Source: Patescibacteria group bacterium
Lineage (GTDB): Bacteria; Patescibacteriota; Microgenomatia; UBA10105; UBA927
Direction: 5' to 3'
Length of the DNA stretch: 64,000 nt
Assembly: GCA_023379025.1 (NCBI GenBank)
Contig: JAMCTH010000009.1
Coordinates: forward strand, 133,092-197,091
Below, piece after piece: positions 9,588 to 18,006 of this stretch. Each line of letters begins with the position of its first letter. Position 1 is the first letter of the stretch. The notes under the pieces were generated by a model, which saw only the letters and a program-made list of their open reading frames with translations, had not been told where the DNA came from and did no database searches. A program made the translations under genes and the position numbers.

Positions 9588-10328
9588 TCATGTTCCGAAC
9601 CGCCGTTTCCGAAGGGTATAAACCGTAAGTGCCTCGTCCAACCGCTGAGGCGTAAACTCCGGCATATACCACTCGGGGAAATAGAATTCGCTATACTGGC
9701 ACTGCCAGAGCAGAAATCCGGACAACCGCTGTTCCCCGCCGGTCCGTATGATAAAGTCCGGATCCGGAATACCTGCGGTATCTAAAAACTTGCCGTATTC
9801 TTGCGTGGTTACACGGCTACATTGCTGTTTGGCTGCCGAAAGGGAGTCAACGGAATCCAGAATAGACACGGTAAGACGCTTCATTGCCCGTACTAATTCA
9901 TCTCTCCCGCCGTAATTGAGGGCAAAAACCGCGGTAATTCTGGTGTTGTGCTCCGTCTCAACAACCACATCGGCAAGCGCCTTTTGTATATCCCGGGAAA
10001 ATCCGCTGATGTCACCGATGGTTCGGATCCGCACCCCTTTCTTATGAAGCCGGTCCCAGCGGTCCCGGATGATATGGCGGAACAGCCGCATCACCCCCTC
10101 TACCTCTCTCTTGTCCCTGCCCCAGTTTTCCGTTGACCAGGCCCAAAACGTCAGATAGGAAATACCCCGGTCTGCTGCGTGTTCTATAAGAGGCTCCAGT
10201 ATCTCGTCCGCCACTTTTTTGTGCCCTGCAAGAACCGGCAGCCTGTGCGCGCGTGCCCAGCGGCGGTTGCCGTCCATGATGATGCCGATATGCCGGGGCA
10301 GCTGTTGTGATGTGTCGCCTGTCTTCAT
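9588..10328 (-). CDS. uppS: undecaprenyl diphosphate synthase
   Basis: HIGIIMDGNRRWA, WSTENWGR, NYGGRDE, IRTGGEQRLSGFLLWQ; ATG 10328 overlaps the upstream stop. Confidence 0.96.
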   Translation of the reverse strand: MKTGDTSQQLPRHIGIIMDGNRRWARAHRLPVLAGHKKVADEILEPLIEHAADRGISYLTFWAWSTENWGRDKREVEGVMRLFRHIIRDRWDRLHKKGVRIRTIGDISGFSRDIQKALADVVVETEHNTRITAVFALNYGGRDELVRAMKRLTVSILDSVDSLSAAKQQCSRVTTQEYGKFLDTAGIPDPDFIIRTGGEQRLSGFLLWQCQYSEFYFPEWYMPEFTPQRLDEALTVYTLRKRRFGT

Positions 10329-10852
10329 GTTTCTGTGATAAACCCGATATGTCGAAGTGAGGCAACTGCCCATGTAGAAAGGATCACTTCCTTACTTCGC
10401 CGTTTAGCGTCAAGTTCACGTTTGGAAAAAAAACAAACCTCCGCTACCTCATCCGGATGTGTCCGGAACGGCCCCTGATAGTAACCTCTGTATAATGCGT
10501 CAAATTCCGTCTCACGTCTGTCTCGGAACAGCCACTTTCCGACATATCTGATCGGTGCACGGATGCCCAATTCCTCGAATAGTTCGCGTTCCGCAGCCCG
10601 GCGGTATGTTTCTCCAGCGCTCACGTGTCCTGCGGCAGATATAGCCCAGAGACCGGGTTGCAGATCCTTGGTCAGACTCCGTTTTTGGAGAAGCACCTTT
10701 TTTTGCCTATCAAAAATCAGAACACCGACTGACCGGTGAATGAGCCTTCTATCACGGTGGCATTCATAACGGGTACGGACACCCAACGGATGATCACGTG
10801 TATCCACGACAACAAATTGTTCGCTCAGGTCGTCTGTCGTTTTGTGTTTCAT
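10325..10852 (-). CDS. idi: NUDIX-fold protein, probable type 1 isopentenyl-diphosphate isomerase
   Basis: LIHRSVGV, LLQKRSLTK, PGLW, AGH, RELFEELGI, DEV; isoprenoid operon context; usual catalytic Cys not evident. Confidence 0.7.
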   Translation of the reverse strand: MKHKTTDDLSEQFVVVDTRDHPLGVRTRYECHRDRRLIHRSVGVLIFDRQKKVLLQKRSLTKDLQPGLWAISAAGHVSAGETYRRAAERELFEELGIRAPIRYVGKWLFRDRRETEFDALYRGYYQGPFRTHPDEVAEVCFFSKRELDAKRRSKEVILSTWAVASLRHIGFITET

Positions 10853-11730
10853 GTGTTGGCAAACCCCTTACCTGAATCGAGCCGCACCCCTTCTCCGTTC
10901 AGGCTGATCGGAATAAGGATTAATCGGTACCGCCGGGCCCATCGGCGGGCAACAGCCGCATCGGCGTGGTAGCACACTGCGCCGATCGGTCCGGCAGAAA
11001 GCAGCGCTCCGCCCGATTCCGCAAGCTGCCGGAAACATCCGGATCCGGGATCGTCCGCGGGCAATGGAGACCGATAATCCTGCCAGAATTTTCCGGAAAC
11101 AGCGACAAGCGCGTTGGTATCCCCTGTTTTCATAATCTCAGCAACAGTCCTGATATATGATTCCGAAGGAGCGGGCATGTCAAACGGCTTGCCGGTTTTC
11201 CGCACAACCAGAAAGCAATGGTTCATGTGCGACGCGGAGGAAAGCGGTAATTGCCACAGACTTCGCAGATATGTCAGCTCTTTCCGGTACCACAGAAACC
11301 CGCCGAACACTGAGCCCGTCATGTCTACCTCGTGGACCGGAGGAAGAATATCGCGTCGCATATTCACCATGAACGTGTGCGCCGTCTGGGGATTCCAGAT
11401 GCCTCTCATGGCATAAAGGAGGGCGGCTGTTCCCGCTGCAAGGAACGCAGACCGATAGAGCGCCGGGTTATGTAGGTCAGCCGGAAACGAAAGGCTATAC
11501 CGGAATGGTGGAAGCCGCCTCTGACGGTAGGTCCCCTCCAGATACTTTGTAATAAGGATAAAGAGGCCGGAAAATACGTCATCAGCGGAACGGGGCGCGC
11601 TTGTTGCCGGACTCAGGGTGAGGGTGAGACGCAGATCGGTCGCCGAGGCAAAAAGCGGCAACGCTTCATAGACGTAGTCCCCGGCAAGTGCAACCACAAG
11701 CGGCGCGGAAACACGGATACTGCGCTTCAT
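10849..11730 (-). CDS. mevalonate kinase-like GHMP protein with degenerate catalytic motifs
   Basis: VSAPLVVALAGD aligns with SAPGKxxLxGEH; FGGFLWYRKE; no PxxxGLGSS loop. Confidence 0.65.
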   Translation of the reverse strand: MKRSIRVSAPLVVALAGDYVYEALPLFASATDLRLTLTLSPATSAPRSADDVFSGLFILITKYLEGTYRQRRLPPFRYSLSFPADLHNPALYRSAFLAAGTAALLYAMRGIWNPQTAHTFMVNMRRDILPPVHEVDMTGSVFGGFLWYRKELTYLRSLWQLPLSSASHMNHCFLVVRKTGKPFDMPAPSESYIRTVAEIMKTGDTNALVAVSGKFWQDYRSPLPADDPGSGCFRQLAESGGALLSAGPIGAVCYHADAAVARRWARRYRLILIPISLNGEGVRLDSGKGFANT

Positions 11731-12536
11731 CGCTCCACCCTCGTACCCAGCACGGGCTCTCCGCGGACTGCTTTGGAGAGGCTGCCGTGTTCGATGCCGT
11801 CGATAATGAGCCCGGGTATTCCCTCCCGGGCCAGCGCCAGGGTTTCTTCCACCTTATGGATCATACCGCCGGTCACATCGGTCCCTGAGGACCCGGTCAG
11901 GACGGATTGGTAAACCGGAAAATTTTCCGTGGTGATTTCGGGAATGGTCCTGCCGTCCGCGTCATACACGCCGTTCGTCTGCCCGCAGTGAATGATGCGT
12001 TCTATAACGTACCCCTTCTTCTTAAGATGGAGCGCAAGATACCCCAACACTTTTTCCGTCGAAAATATGGTACACCCTACCTGGGTGTCGATAATCTGGT
12101 CTCCATAAAGAACCGGTAAGAGATTGAGCCGGAGAAGCGCTTCGATGCTCTCCGAAAAAACGGATTTGAGGCTGTGGTTTCGGGCAACCATGGTACTCAA
12201 GGGACTCACGGATACCGCATTGACTCCTTTCTCAAGCAGTTTCTTGACGACAATACGGTTGAGCTGTGCCGCTACATCGGCCACTTCCGCAATACCACGG
12301 TAACTCGCATCATTGATAATGCCTTTGTGTGTCTGGTATTTTTTTGCGGGGAAATGTGCAAAGGATCCCGCGCCGTGGCCCACGACGAGCTTTTTCCCTG
12401 TGAGTGTTGCTTTTTTGATCTCCTCGCAGATCGTATCAAGCGCGTGTTCCTTGAGGGAAAACGGCTTGGTCTTATCGGTGATAAGCGACCCGCCGATTTT
12501 CACAAAAACGATGGGTGTTTTTTTTGTTTGTGTCAT
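11727..12536 (-). CDS. ipk: isopentenyl phosphate kinase (archaeal type)
   Basis: KIGGSLITDK, HGAGSFAH, PVLYGD, DVTGGMIHK. Confidence 0.92.
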   Translation of the reverse strand: MTQTKKTPIVFVKIGGSLITDKTKPFSLKEHALDTICEEIKKATLTGKKLVVGHGAGSFAHFPAKKYQTHKGIINDASYRGIAEVADVAAQLNRIVVKKLLEKGVNAVSVSPLSTMVARNHSLKSVFSESIEALLRLNLLPVLYGDQIIDTQVGCTIFSTEKVLGYLALHLKKKGYVIERIIHCGQTNGVYDADGRTIPEITTENFPVYQSVLTGSSGTDVTGGMIHKVEETLALAREGIPGLIIDGIEHGSLSKAVRGEPVLGTRVER

Positions 12537-13291
12537 GATTGCATGCTCATAATTAATTGCCGTTGAGTCGGTGGGTCATGCGAAAACAATGTAAATGCCA
12601 CATCCTCTCTTCTCCCGGCAGATCCCAGAGCAACTACATCATGCCATCCTTTCAATCCGTGTGCAACAATAGTGAGCATTCCCGCCCGTGCCGGAAATCC
12701 TCCTAAATAAGTAAGCGGGTGCACCCATAACGGGGTATCGGTTTCGTTATCGTTTGGCTCAACAGGGTGAACGGCAATAAGCTCATTTGGAACATATGCC
12801 ATGCGCGCTTCCACCCAGACATGTTGATTGATGAAATAATGGCCAATTACCCGTCGGGAAACCTGCACCATCTCAGGCGCCCAACCCATCTCTTCTATAA
12901 TTGCCCGTGCCCGGGTCACTTCAAGCATCTCTCCCGGCCTACGCGTCTCTGCGACAACACTGTAATCCCCAAAGTATTTATCGTTTTCCGGCTTGTCTCT
13001 GCGTTCACGACTCACCAATATATAGGGATGGTGATCGATGTCGGTATATACAACGAGTACGACTCCACCTATTTCTTTATCCGGTGGCGGAGACCAATCC
13101 ACAATTCCGGAGTCTTCGTGAAGCATTTTTTCATAAACATCAGCACCAAATTCTGTTACAAGTTCCGGAGCGAGATGCATACTGGCAGTAGGCATATTAA
13201 AAGCAACGTCACCAAGGTCTCTAAAACCATTCGGAGTAAAACGGTTGGGGACGATTACCATGCTGCCCGAGCCATATTCAGCCAATCTCAT
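12533..13291 (-). CDS. divergent NUDIX-like protein
   Basis: Nudix-box-like ETRRPGEMLEVTRARAIIEEMG; tightly packed between neighbours. Confidence 0.6.
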   Translation of the reverse strand: MRLAEYGSGSMVIVPNRFTPNGFRDLGDVAFNMPTASMHLAPELVTEFGADVYEKMLHEDSGIVDWSPPPDKEIGGVVLVVYTDIDHHPYILVSRERRDKPENDKYFGDYSVVAETRRPGEMLEVTRARAIIEEMGWAPEMVQVSRRVIGHYFINQHVWVEARMAYVPNELIAVHPVEPNDNETDTPLWVHPLTYLGGFPARAGMLTIVAHGLKGWHDVVALGSAGRREDVAFTLFSHDPPTQRQLIMSMQS

Positions 13292-13293
13292 AG

Positions 13294-13917
13294 TTAGAGA
13301 AACGGAACTTTAAAGATTCCGAGCGTATACGTGAGATAACTATATGCAGCAAAGACCGGAAGACAGATGCCCAATGCACCTACGATCCGCAAAAGATCCA
13401 GTTTCATGGAAAACCGGAGCGTCAGATAGGTCAAAAGGACTTTCCATGAAAGAATGGTTACGCTGAACACGAGAAAGACGAGACTAAATGCAATCCCTGC
13501 CATACTGGTCGTCCTGGGCGGCGGCAGCAAAACATAGAGCAGAGAGGTGACAAAAAACCAGCTTACCGTCGGAAGGAGGGTATATGCCCAGCCGATGCTG
13601 AGACTCCGATATCCGCCTCTCCCGCCCACGAGTTTTGCCGCCATCCACAGCACCAGAGAAGCGAAAAGAAACGAGATGCCGCTCATTCCTGCAAGCCATA
13701 AAAACGTCCGCGTCAGAAGAAACGGACGAAACGATGCGGTACGCACCGCTGCGGCCAGCCCGAAATACACCGCAAGTAATGCTCCTATATACGGCAGCTC
13801 CCAATATGTGGAGTGAAACATTATCGTGCGGTAGGTTTCATACGGCCGCGTAACGAGTCCGATGCTGTTTTTCCCGAACCGCACGCTTGCCACGGCAACA
13901 TCCTCAAGGAGGCTCAT
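13294..13917 (-). CDS. YIP1-like multi-pass membrane protein
   Basis: LVTRPYETY followed by about five TMs; LVGGRG...WAYTLLP. Confidence 0.7.
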   Translation of the reverse strand: MSLLEDVAVASVRFGKNSIGLVTRPYETYRTIMFHSTYWELPYIGALLAVYFGLAAAVRTASFRPFLLTRTFLWLAGMSGISFLFASLVLWMAAKLVGGRGGYRSLSIGWAYTLLPTVSWFFVTSLLYVLLPPPRTTSMAGIAFSLVFLVFSVTILSWKVLLTYLTLRFSMKLDLLRIVGALGICLPVFAAYSYLTYTLGIFKVPFL

Positions 13918-13941
13918 ACCAGTATTAGTCGGAAAAATCCG

Positions 13942-14172
13942 CTAAAACCCGCGCTGGAGAAGGGACACGAGGAGAGTAATTGCCGATCCGACAAAAAAAT
14001 ACAGAAGGGTCGCAACGCCGAACGCGAGAAGCACCAGCAGCGGCCAGGGCATAACCTTAAAATGCCGCGTCACCGTTTTATAGTGAGCGGTAAAGGGTCC
14101 GAGCGTCTGCGGGGGAAGATCGATGACTTCTTCCCACCGTCTAACGAATTTTTCGTACAATGCGTCTGGCAT
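13942..14172 (-). CDS. small membrane protein, possible anti-sigma factor
   Basis: 76 aa, soluble N-terminus plus hydrophobic C-terminus, 2 bp after the sigma gene. Confidence 0.6.
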   Translation of the reverse strand: MPDALYEKFVRRWEEVIDLPPQTLGPFTAHYKTVTRHFKVMPWPLLVLLAFGVATLLYFFVGSAITLLVSLLQRGF

Positions 14173-14174
14173 AT

Positions 14175-14714
14175 TTATACGGATAAAAAGGCCTCAACAA
14201 ATGCTTTTCTGGCACGGAACAGCTGGGATTCTGCGCCTTTGAGCGTAGTGGCAAGGCGGTCTGCAATATCCTCTACGGTCAGATTATCCATATATTTGAG
14301 AAGCAGAATCTCCCGATACCGGGGAATGATCCTCCCCAACGTACGGTGGATGCGGTCATGGAAAAGCCGGGAATCCAACTCCTCTTCCGGAGTGAGAAGC
14401 GGAGACACGAGTGTTTCAAGCTGCGGCATGCGGGAAAACACCACCTGCTTTACCTTTTTCCTCCGGTAATAATCCGCAACCTTATGCCTGCAGATGGCGT
14501 ACAAAAACGTACTGACCGAAGAGGTGCCGTTAAAGTCGCGCAGACCATCAAGAAACGCAAACAGTGTGTCCTGAAGTATCTCTTCCGCGTCTTTCGGGTT
14601 ATTGACCTTTTCCTCAATATACCCAAGGAGCCTGGGTGCGTAGGTTTTATAAAACGATGTAAGTGCCCGTTTGTCTCCAACGAGCATCCGGCGTATCACA
14701 TCACTATTACTCAT
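14175..14714 (-). CDS. ECF sigma-70 factor
   Basis: DAEEILQDTL, STFLYAICRHKVADYYR (region 2); EDIADRL...SQLFRAR (region 4). Confidence 0.92.
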   Translation of the reverse strand: MSNSDVIRRMLVGDKRALTSFYKTYAPRLLGYIEEKVNNPKDAEEILQDTLFAFLDGLRDFNGTSSVSTFLYAICRHKVADYYRRKKVKQVVFSRMPQLETLVSPLLTPEEELDSRLFHDRIHRTLGRIIPRYREILLLKYMDNLTVEDIADRLATTLKGAESQLFRARKAFVEAFLSV

Positions 14715-14732
14715 GGGGTACCGGCTACTATA

Positions 14733-15617
14733 TCACTTCCCGCGCTTCCAAACAAATATCACGAGTTCCCGCAGATACGCCCGGACGAGCGGAGACGGAC
14801 GCATAGCATCGAGTGCCGATAGTGCTTGTCGGGTAAGCGTCTCAGAGCGATTCGTACCAACGTCCGGCGGGATTTCACCGTCCAGTACGTCGTCACGAAG
14901 CTGAAACAGCTGCCCCACCGGGAGACCGAAACGGGCAAGCTGTGCCAGCGTAAGCGCTGAAGCTCCTGCAAGCGCCGCCCCCATCTGAAGCGGCCGGATC
15001 ACGCTGTACCATGCGGTTTTATAGGTATCAATCGTAGCTTTCGATATCGAGGGGTCTCCGTCCGCAAAAAGGATGTCGAGTGTTTGTCCGAAGATAATCT
15101 CCTGCTTCATCTGTCGGTACAGGGACAGAACACCCCGATGCTCCGTTTTTCCGGTCTGTTCATCTGCCCAAACCAGCGCAAGATCGCCCGCGAGAAGCCC
15201 CATGCTCTCGCCGAAGCGGATGCGCGCCACCCCTCCGACAGCCCTGCTTTTTGCCTGAAAAAACGCATGGACGGTGGGTCGTCCGCGGCGTTTCAGATCC
15301 GCATCCATAATGTCGTCATGAATGAGAGCAAACGTATGAAAAAGCTCTGTTCCGACCATAACCGACATCAGTTCTCCGGGTAAAGCCCGCGCTGGCGCAG
15401 CAGAGCGGACGCTATTGCTCTGTGTCATGTATCCCAACCAAACCAGAAACGGGCGCATGCGCTTTCCTCCGCCGAGCGTAAAGGCTTCAATCGCAGCAAC
15501 AAGCCGGATACATTGGCTGTCTACCTGTTTTGCTTCGGCAGTTTTTTGAACAAAAAACACGCGGAGTGCCCGATCAACTATTCGCTTCATTGCTCTTACA
15601 TCACGCTGAAAATCCAT
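14733..15617 (-). CDS. trans-polyprenyl diphosphate synthase (FPP/GGPP synthase family)
   Basis: GGKRMRP, LIHDDIMD, RRG, GQTLD, YKTA, FQLRDDVLD; start set at the ATG 6 nt after TATACT. Confidence 0.9.
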   Translation of the reverse strand: MDFQRDVRAMKRIVDRALRVFFVQKTAEAKQVDSQCIRLVAAIEAFTLGGGKRMRPFLVWLGYMTQSNSVRSAAPARALPGELMSVMVGTELFHTFALIHDDIMDADLKRRGRPTVHAFFQAKSRAVGGVARIRFGESMGLLAGDLALVWADEQTGKTEHRGVLSLYRQMKQEIIFGQTLDILFADGDPSISKATIDTYKTAWYSVIRPLQMGAALAGASALTLAQLARFGLPVGQLFQLRDDVLDGEIPPDVGTNRSETLTRQALSALDAMRPSPLVRAYLRELVIFVWKRGK

Positions 15618-15684
15618 GCAGCCAGTATAATGGAGTATTTCCGGGTTTACAATTTGCCCAATGAGGAGCGTCATCGGCATCTCG

Positions 15685-15714
15685 TTGACACTGGCATTCC
15701 CCTTCCCCTACACT
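15685..15714 (+). promoter_or_regulatory. sigma-70 promoter, leaderless, for the pilin array
   Basis: TTGACA-18 bp-TACACT-6 bp-ATG(15721). Confidence 0.7.
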
Positions 15715-15720
15715 ACGGGT

Positions 15721-16044
15721 ATGGAGCGTGTGTTTGCTGCATTTGATATCGGTACCCAGGCATCGCCGTCATTCAGGACCTTTTCCAATTTCGGGGATCT
15801 TGTTTCCGTTATCGTTAAAAATGCCTATGTTCTGGCCGGTGTTTTAAGCTTTCTTTTGTTGGTTTTCGGCGCGTTCGGGTTTATAATGGGAGCAGGCGGC
15901 GGAGACAGCAAAAAAATGGAAGAGGCCAAACAGACGCTTACGTGGGCGGTGGTTGGACTTCTTCTGGTCATCGGATCATATTGGATCATCCTGATCCTAT
16001 CAAAAATTACGGGATATAATATCCTGTCACCGCCGGCGTCGTAA
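15721..16044 (+). CDS. VirB2/TrbC-like pilin 3
   Basis: MERVFAA...; GAFGFIMGAGGGDSKKMEEAKQTLTWAVVGL. Confidence 0.85.
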   Translation: MERVFAAFDIGTQASPSFRTFSNFGDLVSVIVKNAYVLAGVLSFLLLVFGAFGFIMGAGGGDSKKMEEAKQTLTWAVVGLLLVIGSYWIILILSKITGYNILSPPAS

Positions 16045-16050
16045 TTCCGT

Positions 16051-16398
16051 ATGGAACAGGTCTTTGCACAGGATGTCATAGGAAAAGTAAACGTGACCAC
16101 CCTCCTCCCCGGAGGGTATCACAGCCTCAGTGGCATCGGTCTCTTCTTTTCCAATGTCCTCCGGCTTCTCTTTGTCGCCGCGGGGATCCTGGCGTTTCTC
16201 AACCTCATTATCGCGGGGTACCAGTACATAACGGCGGGGGGCGACGCCAAAGCGCTTGAAAAAGCGTGGAGCAGAATATGGCAATCTCTTGTCGGCCTTA
16301 TTCTTATCGTCGGCTCATTTGCGCTGGCCGCCCTGTTCGGCTACATCATCTTTGGTGACGCCGGATTTATTCTGAATCCCAAAGTGTATGGACCATAA
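16051..16398 (+). CDS. VirB2/TrbC-like pilin 4
   Basis: GYQYITAGGDAKALEKAWSRIWQSLVGL between two TMs. Confidence 0.87.
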   Translation: MEQVFAQDVIGKVNVTTLLPGGYHSLSGIGLFFSNVLRLLFVAAGILAFLNLIIAGYQYITAGGDAKALEKAWSRIWQSLVGLILIVGSFALAALFGYIIFGDAGFILNPKVYGP

Positions 16399-16801
16399 CT
16401 CTCTCTTTCATCATGTGCGCGTGTTGGCACAGGGAAGTTCTGACAGTCTCGGCACCATCGGCGGCGGCGGCTTGGGACCGTTTGCTGCAAAAAATTACTC
16501 CGGCGGAGGAACCCAGGCGCTCGTCGACATTACCAAAGCGGTTTCTGCCATCATCGGATTTCTCACGATTGCAGCGGGCATTTGGTTTCTGTTTCAGCTT
16601 CTGATCGGTGCCATCTCCTGGATCACGAGCGGCGGGGACAAAACAAACCTCGAAAACGCTCGGAACCGCATCATCCACGGGCTCATCGGGCTTATCATCG
16701 TCGTCATGGGGTGGGCTATCCTTGCAATCGTCGGACAGTTTCTGGGGTACGACATACTTCTTTCAAATCCCGGCAGCATCATAAACCAAATCAGGCTCTA
16801 A
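16388..16801 (+). CDS. VirB2/TrbC-like pilin 5
   Basis: GAISWITSGGDKTNLENARNRIIHGLIGL. Confidence 0.87.
   Translation: MDHNSLFHHVRVLAQGSSDSLGTIGGGGLGPFAAKNYSGGGTQALVDITKAVSAIIGFLTIAAGIWFLFQLLIGAISWITSGGDKTNLENARNRIIHGLIGLIIVVMGWAILAIVGQFLGYDILLSNPGSIINQIRL
16606..16678 (+). repeat. 73-bp perfect direct repeat, copy 1 (inside pilin 5)
   Basis: cggtgccatc...catcatccac identical to 16967-17039. Confidence 0.95.
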
Positions 16802-16805
16802 CCGT

Positions 16806-17153
16806 ATGCACGAAACGCTGGCACAGCTCACCAATCCCGTCCTCCCGCCGATTATCGGCCAGGGAGGGTCGGCCAGCGGTATACGGGGAGCCGGCATATT
16901 TATCAGCAATCTCATTTCCATTATCTTCATCGTTTCATTTCTTCTTGCGTTTTTTTTCCTCCTGACCGGTGCCATCTCCTGGATCACGAGCGGCGGGGAC
17001 AAAACAAACCTCGAAAACGCTCGGAACCGCATCATCCACTCGCTCATGGGACTTATCATTGTGGCGGCCGCATGGGCCATCATGGTGCTCGTCGGACAGT
17101 TTATCGGGCTCGACATCCGTCAACTGCCCATTCCGTCCATATCAGGGCAGTAG
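16806..17153 (+). CDS. VirB2/TrbC-like pilin 6
   Basis: GAISWITSGGDKTNLENARNRIIHSLMGL. Confidence 0.87.
   Translation: MHETLAQLTNPVLPPIIGQGGSASGIRGAGIFISNLISIIFIVSFLLAFFFLLTGAISWITSGGDKTNLENARNRIIHSLMGLIIVAAAWAIMVLVGQFIGLDIRQLPIPSISGQ
16967..17039 (+). repeat. 73-bp perfect direct repeat, copy 2 (inside pilin 6)
   Basis: Identical to 16606-16678. Confidence 0.95.
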
Positions 17154-17174
17154 ACATCACACATTGGCACACTA

Positions 17175-17243
17175 TTGACAAGGTGATAATGTTTTGTAAC
17201 AATAGAAAGTACGATATTATCAGGCTATTCTTGAAAGAGGAGG
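17175..17243 (+). promoter_or_regulatory. sigma-70 promoter and strong RBS of pilin 7
   Basis: TTGACA-17 bp-AACAAT with extended TG; GAGGAGG at 17237-17243. Confidence 0.6.
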
Positions 17244-17247
17244 ATAT

Positions 17248-17580
17248 ATGCTGCAGGTATTTGCTCAGGATCTGACCATCGGTCAGCCATCAAACGTCAA
17301 AATATCCAATCTCGGCATGCTCATCAGCGCGTTGGTCGGAACACTGCTCATCCTGTCGGCCCTTCTTGCATTTTTCTTCCTCATCCTTGGCGGTATCCAG
17401 TGGATCACCTCGGGCGGAGATAAGGCAGGCATGGAAGCCGCACGGAACAAAATCACCCACGCCATCGTCGGGCTTATCATCGTCGGTGCCGCATGGGCCA
17501 TCATGATCCTCATTCAGAATTTCCTGGGGATCACGGTCATCGGCGGCGGCATCAACATCCCCAAGCCGTTCAATCAATAA
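17248..17580 (+). CDS. VirB2/TrbC-like pilin 7
   Basis: GGIQWITSGGDKAGMEAARNKITHAIVGL; strong SD. Confidence 0.9.
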   Translation: MLQVFAQDLTIGQPSNVKISNLGMLISALVGTLLILSALLAFFFLILGGIQWITSGGDKAGMEAARNKITHAIVGLIIVGAAWAIMILIQNFLGITVIGGGINIPKPFNQ

Positions 17581-17649
17581 AGCCGAGGAGCCGTCATTTT
17601 CCATACTCACCTGTGGACAAAAAACGCGTTTATACGTCATAATACAGGT

Positions 17650-17961
17650 ATGGTATTTGCCGCTACCTATATCGGTGATACGCCGCAAATCAAAGACCTG
17701 GAAACCCTCTTCGGCAACGTCATTGCTTCTGTCATGGGAATAGCTGTTGTCGTCCTCTTTGTCATGCTTCTTGTGGGCGGATTTACCTTCCTTATGTCCG
17801 GCGGCGACCAGAAAAAGCTGGATGCCGCCAAAGGAACGCTTACATCGGCGATCGTCGGAATTGTCGTCGTCATCTCTGCGTATCTTATCCTCCGCACGAT
17901 CGGTGTCATCACCGGAGTAAGCCAAATCACCACGGTAAACTTGAATCTCGGACACCCCTAG
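17650..17961 (+). CDS. VirB2/TrbC-like pilin 8
   Basis: GGFTFLMSGGDQKKLDAAKGTLTSAIVGI. Confidence 0.87.
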   Translation: MVFAATYIGDTPQIKDLETLFGNVIASVMGIAVVVLFVMLLVGGFTFLMSGGDQKKLDAAKGTLTSAIVGIVVVISAYLILRTIGVITGVSQITTVNLNLGHP

Positions 17962-18006
17962 CTTGACGGCACTCCCGGAATCATTGATAATACAAACTAC
18001 ACTGCT

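Noticed and set aside
17612-17620. Single DnaA-box-like TGTGGACAA before pilin 8
   Set aside because: One mismatched 9-mer is expected by chance in 64 kb
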